Assembly (NCBI GenBank): GCA_965224705.1
Contig: OZ245056.1
Location: forward strand, 1,376,001 to 1,440,000
Reading direction: 5' to 3'
DNA length: 64,000 nucleotides
From: Spirochaetaceae bacterium
GTDB lineage: Bacteria > Spirochaetota > Spirochaetia > DSM-2461
Shown here: positions 50,408 through 59,044 of the stretch, one piece after another
Layout of the letters: every line of letters begins with the position of its first letter
How positions within the stretch are numbered: the stretch's first letter is position 1
The notes under the pieces: model-generated
What the model was told of the DNA's origin: nothing
Database searches by the model: none
What the model saw: only the letters and a program-made list of their open reading frames with translations
Program-made: the position numbers and the translations under genes

Positions 50408-51497
50408 CTATGAAATGCTGCCGGTTGAACAACTTTTGTTTGATAAATCAAACCCGCGGCTTGTGGAATTTGACAGCAGCGGAGGCAAGGAAAAAGATAT
50501 TATATCGCTCCTTTGGGATTCCATGAATGTCAAAGAGCTGGTGCTGTCCATTGCCCATTCTGGCTATTTCATCAACGACCCTTTAGTCGTCGCTGTGGAG
50601 GATGGCCAGAATATTGTCATTGAGGGCAACAGGCGGCTTGCGGCCGTCAAAATTCTTTTGAATCCCGGTGATTATCCCTGGAGTATCCCGGAAGTGGAAC
50701 AGGCCCGCCTTGATTCCCTAAAAAAACTGCCGGTCGTCTTTATGAAGCGCGAAGAGTCCTGGCAGTTTATTGGATTTAAGCATGTCAACGGCGCGGTTAA
50801 GTGGGACAGTTACGCCAAGGCCCGCTACATCGCCTCGGTTCACAACAAACATGGCATACCGCTTGATGAAGTTGCCATGCAGATTGGCGATACGCATAAA
50901 ACCATTCGTAAACTCTACCGCGGCATCATGGTTATTGAACAGGCCGAAAAGAAAACCGAATTCAAGAGAGATGATATTGATAGGTCAAAGTTTTCCTTTT
51001 CGCATCTTTACACCGGGCTGGGGTATCGGGGCTTTTCGGAATTTCTTGATCTGAAGCACGAGAATAGCAATACCGATGAATTTGTCCCTGAAAATAAAGA
51101 GAAAGAACTGGAAGAGCTGTTTTTCTGGCTTTATGGCAGTAAAAAAATGGCGCGTGCCCCTGTTTTGCGCAGCCAAAACCCCGATTTAAGAAAACTGAAC
51201 ACCGTTGTCAGCAGCCGGGAATCTCTGTCAGTCCTAAGGAATAGCGGGAACCTTGATCAAGCCTATGAGTCCGCCCGCTCTGTTACTTCTCTGTTTGAAG
51301 AGGAATTGACCCAGGCGAAATCTTCATTATTAAAAGCAAAAAGCCATGTGGTTGAAGGTTTCGATCAATCGGAGGAACTACTCAGAATGGCCGGAACCAT
51401 CGCTAATCTGGCGGAAGATCTCTACGAAGAGATGGAAAGGAAATACAATTCCGACAGTAAAACCGCTAGAAGAAGGAAATTCACCGAGGATAGTTGA
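50400..51497 (+). CDS. ParB/Srx-like N-terminal domain protein
   Basis: LLFDKSNPRL, PLVV, VIEGNRRLAAVK, HVNGAVKWD; overlaps MTase stop. Confidence 0.8.
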   Translation: MADYEMLPVEQLLFDKSNPRLVEFDSSGGKEKDIISLLWDSMNVKELVLSIAHSGYFINDPLVVAVEDGQNIVIEGNRRLAAVKILLNPGDYPWSIPEVEQARLDSLKKLPVVFMKREESWQFIGFKHVNGAVKWDSYAKARYIASVHNKHGIPLDEVAMQIGDTHKTIRKLYRGIMVIEQAEKKTEFKRDDIDRSKFSFSHLYTGLGYRGFSEFLDLKHENSNTDEFVPENKEKELEELFFWLYGSKKMARAPVLRSQNPDLRKLNTVVSSRESLSVLRNSGNLDQAYESARSVTSLFEEELTQAKSSLLKAKSHVVEGFDQSEELLRMAGTIANLAEDLYEEMERKYNSDSKTARRRKFTEDS

Positions 51498-52417
51498 TGC
51501 CGGTTATATCTGGAGAATTACAGTACAGCCCCAGAGAGAAGAATGCCCTAAGCTCTTTTGCCGATCAGGTTGAAATTCGCTGTCTGTGCGAGCAACAAAT
51601 CTCGGCACAGGATATTTTGTCAGAGCTTGGCATGGTCGAAGAATGTGAAACGGATGAAGATGAAATCGGCCGTGAGGGTTTTATAGACGACCTTATTGAA
51701 GAAATCAAGAATAGAGAAAAGTGGTGCTCCGGGAATTATCCTTTTGACATTGATGGTTCACCGCCAGTCATGATTCTCCGCAGAGATGATTCTCCAGTAA
51801 TCGAATTGTATAAATTTTTACTCTATGCGGCCAATGGAGACATGAAGGAAAACTGTACTAACAATGATGTGAACGCAACCTTGCTTTTTGAAGAGCTATC
51901 GGAAATCACAGTAAAAATCTACCTGGGGGAAAGGGCCGAAACCTTTCTGTTTGGTACGGCAAATAAAGACTTCAAAAATTTCCAACAGCGGATTACAGAG
52001 TTAATACGAAGAATGAATGAGGGCAAGGGGTTTAAGGAGCAGCCAAAAGAAAACTATGACTATAACAAAGATGACGGATTGGATGTTGCCGCCTGGATAC
52101 CATTTGGCGATGGATACCCGGGACAGCTGATAGCCTTTGGGCAATGCAAAACCGGTACAAGCAGGGATAAGAATACCCTGACTAATTTACAGCCGGATAG
52201 TTTTTGTGCAAGATGGTTCCAGGAACAACCGGTATGTACCCCCGTTCGGCTCTTTTTTCTCAGCGAAGGTTTAGACCGCCGGAATTGGTACAACACATCC
52301 ACTCGTGCCGGAATAATCTTCGACCGTTTCAGGATTATGGCGTTGATGAACAAGTCATTGACCAAAGATATTCATAACAGAATAAGTGCATGGCTGAAGG
52401 GGTGGAGCGTAGAATAA
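51494..52417 (+). CDS. Hypothetical protein with Mrr-like PD-(D/E)xK (D..QxK) endonuclease motif
   Basis: LFEELS..KDDGLDVAAW..AFGQCKTG..GIIFDRFRI; overlaps upstream stop. Confidence 0.65.
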   Translation: MMPVISGELQYSPREKNALSSFADQVEIRCLCEQQISAQDILSELGMVEECETDEDEIGREGFIDDLIEEIKNREKWCSGNYPFDIDGSPPVMILRRDDSPVIELYKFLLYAANGDMKENCTNNDVNATLLFEELSEITVKIYLGERAETFLFGTANKDFKNFQQRITELIRRMNEGKGFKEQPKENYDYNKDDGLDVAAWIPFGDGYPGQLIAFGQCKTGTSRDKNTLTNLQPDSFCARWFQEQPVCTPVRLFFLSEGLDRRNWYNTSTRAGIIFDRFRIMALMNKSLTKDIHNRISAWLKGWSVE

Positions 52418-52429
52418 ACGCCGCGTTTT

Positions 52430-52799
52430 TTGTTCCCGGTTTTGGTAAACCTTATCGGCATGAACGGAAGCCACCATTCAGGCTCAGTGACAACCTGGCC
52501 CCAAACCTTACCTCTTGCCAGTCTTCCCCTGACCATCTCTCTCACATGTGGCTGTGAGACACTGACAATCCGATCTTTGACCTGTCTCTTATTTTTCGCG
52601 CCCTGTTCCAGAAGTCGTTTTTTCAGACCGAAATCTGGTTGGAATAAACCTGAAACTAAAGTAGATATCTCGCTGATCTGACGGTTCCCCTTGATTGCCT
52701 CAAGAGCCACTTTGAACTTGAAGACTTTCGTTCGTCGGATTTTTTCATGACGAACCTCCTTTTTAAGGGGATCCACCTTACCCAAAAAAGAACAAACAA
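52430..52799 (-). mobile_element. Fused IS3 orfA and IS5-like transposase remnants
   Basis: AGGAGG-ATG 52748, FKFKVALEAIKG; DRIVSVSQPHVR.MVRG. Confidence 0.6.
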
Positions 52800-52849
52800 T
52801 CATGACAAGTTCTAAAAGAAAAATGCGGTTTTTAACGGTGCCCAAAGCC

Positions 52850-52927
52850 ACACCCCGTTACCGGACGGTCCGTATCCGTCCGGCGTTGCACTCCAGACCC
52901 GTCAGTTGCTCAACAGAGTGCCGTACT
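52850..52927 (-). ncRNA. Candidate structured small RNA / leader
   Basis: 10-bp closing stem GCACUCUGUU/AACGGGGUGU, inner hairpin CCGGACGG/CCGUCCGG, upstream TTGACG-N16-TACAAT (52934-52961). Confidence 0.4.
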
Positions 52928-53194
52928 GGTAGTATTGTAAAGGGGTAGCCTATAACGTCAAAGAGATACTTGACAGGACTGTTTTTATGCGATAATTTTT
53001 ATCAGATGGAATCGGATATGGCCGACATCCCCAGAGGGATTTCTGGGTATAAATCTGGGCGTTACCCCGGACGCAGGGCTGTGTCAGGAGGAAGGATTTG
53101 GTACGCAGACAGAGGGCAGCCCTCCGCCAATGCGCTGCTGCTGGATGGATCGAGGCATCCAGCAGGTACGCCAAAAAACAAAAGGAGGAGTTAC

Positions 53195-53737
53195 ATGAAA
53201 CTAATTCTGACATTCCTGGCAATGCTGTTACCCATCGCGGCACTGCAAGCCAGGAGTTTCTATGATCTGGAAGCCATCAAAATCGATGGTTCCAAACTTG
53301 AATTTCAATCCTTAAGGGGAAAAAAGGTGCTTATCGTCAATACCGCCTCCCGGTGCGGGTTTACGCCCCAATACGCCCAACTTCAGGAGCTTTACGAAAC
53401 CTACGCCGAAAAAGGTCTGGTTATCCTGGGATTTCCCTCCAACAACTTTCTGGGACAGGAACCCGGAACCAATCAGGAAATTCAGCAGTTTTGCGACAAG
53501 AACTATGGGGTTAGCTTCACCATGATGGAAAAGATTAACGTGAAAAAAAACGCCAGGCAGCATCCCGTCTATCAGTGGCTCACACGCAAAGATCAAAATA
53601 GTTTTTCTGACAATAAGGTCAAATGGAACTTTCAAAAGTATCTTATAGATGAGAAGGGTCAGCTGGTGAAGGTCATCTCCCCCCGGACTAAGCCAATGGA
53701 TTCGTCCATCGTCGAATGGATTATTTCAGGGAGCTGA
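53195..53737 (+). CDS. Glutathione peroxidase (Cys-type, with signal peptide)
   Basis: VNTASRCGFTPQY, GFPSNNFLGQEPG, KWNFQKYL; AGGAGG RBS before ATG 53195. Confidence 0.92.
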   Translation: MKLILTFLAMLLPIAALQARSFYDLEAIKIDGSKLEFQSLRGKKVLIVNTASRCGFTPQYAQLQELYETYAEKGLVILGFPSNNFLGQEPGTNQEIQQFCDKNYGVSFTMMEKINVKKNARQHPVYQWLTRKDQNSFSDNKVKWNFQKYLIDEKGQLVKVISPRTKPMDSSIVEWIISGS

Positions 53738-53786
53738 ACCCCTCACCTCCGTGTCCTCGTATAGAATTAGATGCAATTGCCCTGGA

Positions 53787-54689
53787 TCAAATGGCGTTGT
53801 CTTCCCGATATTTTTGATATTCTTCAGCAGAAATAACCCCATCCCTATATGCATCGTACATGAAACCGCCCATGCCCGCGACAACACCGGCAACGGTTCC
53901 CAGGGTTTCTTCATCGGAGGCAAATTCCCATGCCTGATGCGCCTTTTCGCCGACATAAACAGCGACTTCCGGTCCATACTCATGGTAGATTTCCTCTATT
54001 TCCCGAGCGGCGTGTTCACCGTGTTCCTTTGCCGCCAACTTAACATGGTAAAACGCCTCGGCCGCGATGGGACCGTATTCCTGGTAAATCTCCTGTATCT
54101 TGCGGCTGGCATTCTCATCGAGCCAGGTATAGCAATCGGATATGAGGGCGCCAGCCTCTGGCCCGTATTCATCGGCAAATGCGATAATGCGGTCTGCCGC
54201 CTCAGGGCCATAAGTCACAAGCGCATTGGCGATTCCCCGACCTATTTTTTCCCCGTATTCGTAGATATAGTCCCGGACAATTTTGTAAGTTTTGGGGCCA
54301 TATTCCTCGATGATCTGCCACATCATCAGTCCGGTGGGTTCGCCGTATTGATGGTAGAATTTGACCAGTTCATCGCCTATCTGCGGGCCGTATGTTTCAT
54401 AGCAATCCACAATCCTGTCGGCGGTCTCCGGCCCCCATACCTCATACATGTAGCGGATGCCCTCCAACACATCATCGCCATACTCCTCAACGAGATAGGA
54501 ATAGCCCTCGGCAACAGAATTCCAGCCCCTGGAAAGATGATCCCCAACCGTCTCCGCGGTCTTCTTCATGAATCGTTTCGTCCATGAGAATGCCTTTTCC
54601 GCGGAATCATCGAATGAATCCCGATCGAACGCATCCGTTGGCAGTAACACGCCGACGAACATGCACAACGCAATACATGCGGTTTTCAT
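53787..54689 (-). CDS. Exported acidic repeat protein (E-YGP repeats)
   Basis: Signal peptide; many YG(P/E/D) units; GGAG RBS. Confidence 0.65.
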   Translation of the reverse strand: MKTACIALCMFVGVLLPTDAFDRDSFDDSAEKAFSWTKRFMKKTAETVGDHLSRGWNSVAEGYSYLVEEYGDDVLEGIRYMYEVWGPETADRIVDCYETYGPQIGDELVKFYHQYGEPTGLMMWQIIEEYGPKTYKIVRDYIYEYGEKIGRGIANALVTYGPEAADRIIAFADEYGPEAGALISDCYTWLDENASRKIQEIYQEYGPIAAEAFYHVKLAAKEHGEHAAREIEEIYHEYGPEVAVYVGEKAHQAWEFASDEETLGTVAGVVAGMGGFMYDAYRDGVISAEEYQKYREDNAI

Positions 54690-54735
54690 TTAATCACTCC
54701 TCTACCAGCGATTGCCGGTGTTGTTCTGGGCGTTT

Positions 54736-54957
54736 TTAGGAACTGTCGTCCTTCTTTCTCCTCAATTTGCCTGACACCGCACTCAGGCCGAATCTAACTG
54801 CTTTGTCAGGCGATCCTCTTCTATCGACTACGCTTCTAGTGGTTTTACTCTGGCCCGCCATAAGTTCTTCAACCATTGCATCAATATCGTGATTATGTCT
54901 ATCAGAAAATTTCTTCCTATTTTCCCAGACTTCCCAAATTATTTCATCCTGATACAT
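54736..54957 (-). CDS. Small hypothetical protein
   Basis: MYQDEIIWEVWENRKKFSDRHNHDIDAM; starts right after the caspase gene stop. Confidence 0.5.
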   Translation of the reverse strand: MYQDEIIWEVWENRKKFSDRHNHDIDAMVEELMAGQSKTTRSVVDRRGSPDKAVRFGLSAVSGKLRRKKDDSS

Positions 54958-54958
54958 C

Positions 54959-57898
54959 TTACCGCAGATCCAACCCCCCATTGCCCGCCAGAGTGGGGTC
55001 CTGGTATCGGGACGGACCCATATTGCGGGTGGCCGTGCTCACCTCCTGTTTGACCCGGTAGTAGAGATCGCTGCCGGTTTTTGGGGTGCGTTCGGCCATG
55101 GCCTTGATGAGGTAGTAGGTGAACAGGCGGTGGCCCTTTTCGCGGTAGACGTTGGAGAACTGCCGGTCGGTCCCGGCGGCCATGGCCATTATCTTGCCCT
55201 GGGAAGACAGGGTAATCTTTTTTGGGGACAAGAGGCTGGCGGCCACGCTTTTGAAGACCGGTACGCCGTCGGCCTTGCCGGTGAAGCAGCTATCGAAGAA
55301 CATCACCACTTTGCCCGCTTTGGAGTTTTCGAATATGCGGTAGAGGTTTTGCACCTGAAAGAAGGGTTCTCTGGCAACGTAGTCGGGCATCATGTCGGTG
55401 GGAAGGATGTAGGGGATGCTGCCCTGCTCAATGGCGGGGATGCCGTGGCCGTTGTAGTAGAAGTACACCGTGTCGCCGGACTGTATGCCCTGCTCCAGAA
55501 AGTGCTGGAGGCTGGTTTTCAGGTTGCCGCTGGTGGCCTCCTGGTCGTAGAGGGCGCGGATGTGACCTTTGGGGATGCCCTGAGTAAGCTGGATGGCTTT
55601 GGCAAAGAGTTCGGCGCTGCGGCGGGCATAAAGGATGTTGTCGGTGTTTTTGTACTCTTCGGCACCGACGATGAAGGCCCATTTGCTGTTGTCCAGGGGG
55701 GCCGGGCGCAGGCCTTCCACCAATGGGGTCAGATCGTCCTGGAAGTCGATGAAGCTGGTGGTGCCGTCCTTGTAGGTTATGCTGCCCACGGCGTTTCTGT
55801 CCACCAGGTCGGAGTTTTGCAGGGCAATCTGGGAGAGGTCAACAAGCGCATCATCGGTGCCGATAACGGCGGTGTTGCGGCTTTGTGCCACCGTTGCCCC
55901 CTGGCCGGGCTTGAGGGTGTGCTCCGTGCCGCCGAAGGCCAGCCTGGCCCCGGCTATGCCGAAGCCGCCGTCGCGGTTGGCGAAGGCGTAGGGGACGGCA
56001 CTGAGGGAGGAGGCATCGCTGAGGGCCTGTTTACGCAGGTCCAGGCTGGGATTGGGCAGGACAAAGTCGCCCAGGGGAACGCTGTTCTTTTGGGGCAGAA
56101 CGATGCTGAGGTAGAGGCCCTTGTTTGTTTGATCCAGCTTGGCCGAGGTCACTCTGGCATGGGTGAAGAGCTGGTTGGCGGCGGCCATGGTCAGGTCCAT
56201 GCGCGCCTGCTCCATGCGGGACTTGCGGTCGGCCTGAAGCTTTTGTATCTGCCGCACGATGCGGTTGCGGGCCTCCACCTGCTGGCGGTAGCTGTCTTCA
56301 ATCTGGTCAATCTCGCCCTGGCGCCGGTTTTTGGCAGCCTGCACCCGCCTGTCGAATTCGTCGTCAAATTCCCACTGCTCCTGGGTAAGATGGATGGGGG
56401 CGGGGAGGACGGGCTGGGGCACCATTTCGGGGATGTCCTGGTCGTCCAGATTGAGCCAGGGGGAGATGCGGCTCTGCACCAGACGGTCAAGGGCCTGGGG
56501 CCAGGGGGACGGGGAGTTCAGGATGGCCTTGATATCATCGGGGGCAATGGCCAGGTTGAAGTCGGCATTGAGCCTGGCGGCTTCCAGGCCGTGTTCCTTG
56601 TAGTACGCCAGGGCTTCCGGGCCGTGCTGCGTAAAGAGTTCCCAGGCGGGGGCGAGGGGGGTGGCCCGTATCTCTCTGGTGAATGCTTCTTCGCTTATGC
56701 GGTATTCCGGGGTGTCGAGGGACTCCTGATAGATGTAAGCCATATCCCTACGCCACAGCTTGACGGCACCACCATCACTGCCTGATGCCAGTATGCTCCC
56801 ATCAGGGCTGAAGGTCACGGAGTTTACATCAAGAGCATGTCCCCTAAGAGTTCGGATCTCCCGGCCATCGGAGACCCGCCACAGCTTGACGGTGTCATCA
56901 TAACTGCCGGATGCCAGCATGCTCCCATCGGGACTGAAAGTTACGGAGTTTACCCTATCATCATGCCCCTTTAGGGTTCGGATCTCCCGACCATCGGAAA
57001 CCTGCCACAGTTTGACAGTGTCATCACTACTGTCGGATGTAAGTGCGCTCCCACTGCCGGATGCCAGCATACTCCCATCAGGACTGAAGGTCACGGATTT
57101 TACAGTGTCATCATGTCCCTTTAAAGTGCGGATCTCCCGGCCATCGGAAACCCGCCACAACTTGAGAGTTTCATCCAGACTGCCGGATGCCAGCATGCTC
57201 CCATCGGGGCTGAAGGTTACGGAGTATACAGAGTAATCATGCCCCTTTAAAGTGCGGATCTCCTGGCCATCGGAGACCCGCCACAGCTTGATTGTGTTAT
57301 CCGTACTGCCGGATGCCAGCATACTCCCATCGGGGCTGAAGGACACGGTCCATACATGGTCACTATGCCCCCTAAGGGTTCGGATCTCCCGGCCATCAGA
57401 GACCCGCCACAACTTGACTGTGTCATCCCCACTGCCGGATGCCAGCATGCTCCCATCGGGGTTGAAGGACGTAGAGCTTACCCAGTTATCATGCCCCCTA
57501 AGGGTTCGGATCTCCCGGCCATCGGAGATCCGCCACAGCGTGATGGTGCCATCATCACTGCCACTGCCGGATACCAACATGCTCCCATCGTGGCTGAAGG
57601 ACACGGAGCTTACACTGTACGCATGTTTCCTAAGGGTGTGAATGTTTGTCATGTTGTTAGAGACGATTTCCGGCTTTAATTCCATGATCTGGGCAAATTC
57701 AGCGATTAGATCAATGCCGACCATCGTCTTATTGGGCTGGGACGATTCTGCTTTTTGCTCGTTGGTGGCCATCGTTTTATTAAGTTGAGACGATTCTGCT
57801 TTTTGCTCGTTGGTGGCTGTCATCTCGTCCGTTTTGTCTGTGCTGGCACAGCCAGCGATAATCAGGGCCGCAAAGGCAATTAGGCCGGCTTTTTTCAT
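54959..57898 (-). CDS. Lipoprotein with WD40 propeller and C-terminal caspase (peptidase C14) domain
   Basis: IIAGC lipobox; seven GH..V.SV.FSPDG..LASGS.D..VKLW repeats; YYNGHG and FFDSCFTG His/Cys dyad. Confidence 0.88.
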   Translation of the reverse strand: MKKAGLIAFAALIIAGCASTDKTDEMTATNEQKAESSQLNKTMATNEQKAESSQPNKTMVGIDLIAEFAQIMELKPEIVSNNMTNIHTLRKHAYSVSSVSFSHDGSMLVSGSGSDDGTITLWRISDGREIRTLRGHDNWVSSTSFNPDGSMLASGSGDDTVKLWRVSDGREIRTLRGHSDHVWTVSFSPDGSMLASGSTDNTIKLWRVSDGQEIRTLKGHDYSVYSVTFSPDGSMLASGSLDETLKLWRVSDGREIRTLKGHDDTVKSVTFSPDGSMLASGSGSALTSDSSDDTVKLWQVSDGREIRTLKGHDDRVNSVTFSPDGSMLASGSYDDTVKLWRVSDGREIRTLRGHALDVNSVTFSPDGSILASGSDGGAVKLWRRDMAYIYQESLDTPEYRISEEAFTREIRATPLAPAWELFTQHGPEALAYYKEHGLEAARLNADFNLAIAPDDIKAILNSPSPWPQALDRLVQSRISPWLNLDDQDIPEMVPQPVLPAPIHLTQEQWEFDDEFDRRVQAAKNRRQGEIDQIEDSYRQQVEARNRIVRQIQKLQADRKSRMEQARMDLTMAAANQLFTHARVTSAKLDQTNKGLYLSIVLPQKNSVPLGDFVLPNPSLDLRKQALSDASSLSAVPYAFANRDGGFGIAGARLAFGGTEHTLKPGQGATVAQSRNTAVIGTDDALVDLSQIALQNSDLVDRNAVGSITYKDGTTSFIDFQDDLTPLVEGLRPAPLDNSKWAFIVGAEEYKNTDNILYARRSAELFAKAIQLTQGIPKGHIRALYDQEATSGNLKTSLQHFLEQGIQSGDTVYFYYNGHGIPAIEQGSIPYILPTDMMPDYVAREPFFQVQNLYRIFENSKAGKVVMFFDSCFTGKADGVPVFKSVAASLLSPKKITLSSQGKIMAMAAGTDRQFSNVYREKGHRLFTYYLIKAMAERTPKTGSDLYYRVKQEVSTATRNMGPSRYQDPTLAGNGGLDLR

Positions 57899-58003
57899 GG
57901 CTTCCACCTTGTCTTCATAATTGACTTCAACTTAACGTAGACTGGACTGTTTGTCCAGTCAGGGCAATCGCATATAGAAATCCCCTATCGACCATCACGA
58001 AAA

Positions 58004-58060
58004 AGAATACCATCCCCCCCACAAGCTGTAAAAAACCAGTAAAATGATGAAAAAACAGTA
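58004..58060 (-). promoter_or_regulatory. Putative promoter with G7 tract in the spacer
   Basis: TTTACA-N17(G7)-TATTCT; homologous to 44447-44503. Confidence 0.5.
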
Positions 58061-58186
58061 GTTTTCAAGGATGCGCAAAAGAGGAATTTCTAAACGCAGA
58101 AAGATGAGATTGATCCGCAATGAAAAAACTGCTATACTGTTCTTCTGAACCTTTCAGACAGAATTCTCATGTAGTGGAAACGGCTT

Positions 58187-58822
58187 ATGAAAAGAATAGT
58201 AAAATTGTTGATCGCCCTGACAATGATTCTCCTGATATCGTGTCAGGAGAAAAAAGAGGAAAAAATAAGCGAAATACCACCGGTAGAAGTGGCACCGGAA
58301 CAGTCCGTAGTGGAAACTGCTCCCCCCCTTCCCGAAGAGTCTCCCTCTTCATCATCCGATGTGCAGAAAGAAGAGGATGTTCCCGCAGCGGATATCCAGC
58401 AGAAATCGGCTCATTCAGAAACCATCGTCGATATGGGATCTCAAAAGGAAGCCGATCAGGAGAAGGAAGAAGAAAAAACAACCGAAATACAACCGGTAGA
58501 AGCGGCACCGGAACAGCCAGTAGTAGAAGCTGTTCCCTCTTCATCATCGGATGTGCAGAAAGAAGAGGATGTTCCCGCAGCGGATATCCAGCAAAAATCG
58601 GCTCATCCGGAAGCCATCATTGATATGGGGTCTCAAAAGGAAGCCGATGATGCAATAGAGGAGGCTCGAAAAACAGCGGAGAAAATCCTTGACGAAACAA
58701 AAGAAGCGGCAAGCCAGGCCGCCGAACAACTGATGGAGCAGGCGGCAGAAGGTCAATCCCTGATGGAACAGGCACAACAGAATCGCCCTCCCGGCTTAGA
58801 AAAGTTCTTAACGAGCCCCTGA
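58187..58822 (+). CDS. Acidic low-complexity lipoprotein with ~65-aa tandem duplication
   Basis: LLISC lipobox; PSSSSDVQKEEDVPAADIQQKSAH..DMGSQKEAD twice. Confidence 0.75.
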   Translation: MKRIVKLLIALTMILLISCQEKKEEKISEIPPVEVAPEQSVVETAPPLPEESPSSSSDVQKEEDVPAADIQQKSAHSETIVDMGSQKEADQEKEEEKTTEIQPVEAAPEQPVVEAVPSSSSDVQKEEDVPAADIQQKSAHPEAIIDMGSQKEADDAIEEARKTAEKILDETKEAASQAAEQLMEQAAEGQSLMEQAQQNRPPGLEKFLTSP

Positions 58823-59044
58823 TTATTTCTCCTGCGGTGGAGGAAAGGGAAAATTCCACCAGACTGATTCAGCAAGACAGTACTTGATACCTTTTCACTC
58901 AATACTCCCTTCCTGAAATTATCAGTTTTGTGCAGCGAAGACAAAGTATATGCAGACTTTCCCTGGCTGCTTGATTGACAACCTTTATCACATAAACTAG
59001 TTTTGAGTGATATACTATGTAAGGATAAGGATGCGATAGAAACG

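Noticed and set aside
23460..52800. Prophage or ICE integrated at tRNA-Arg
   Set aside because: No integrase, phage structural or conjugation genes, and no 3' tRNA duplication in the window
53020..53170. Hairpins upstream of the peroxidase as a riboswitch
   Set aside because: Several short stems but no aptamer consensus I can recognise
53340..53365. Selenocysteine in the glutathione peroxidase
   Set aside because: Active-site codon is TGC (Cys)
53751..54587. 278-aa plus-strand ORF
   Set aside because: Antisense to the signal-peptide-bearing repeat protein; no RBS or motifs
55130..56785. 551-aa plus-strand ORF
   Set aside because: Antisense shadow of the GC-rich caspase gene; no motifs
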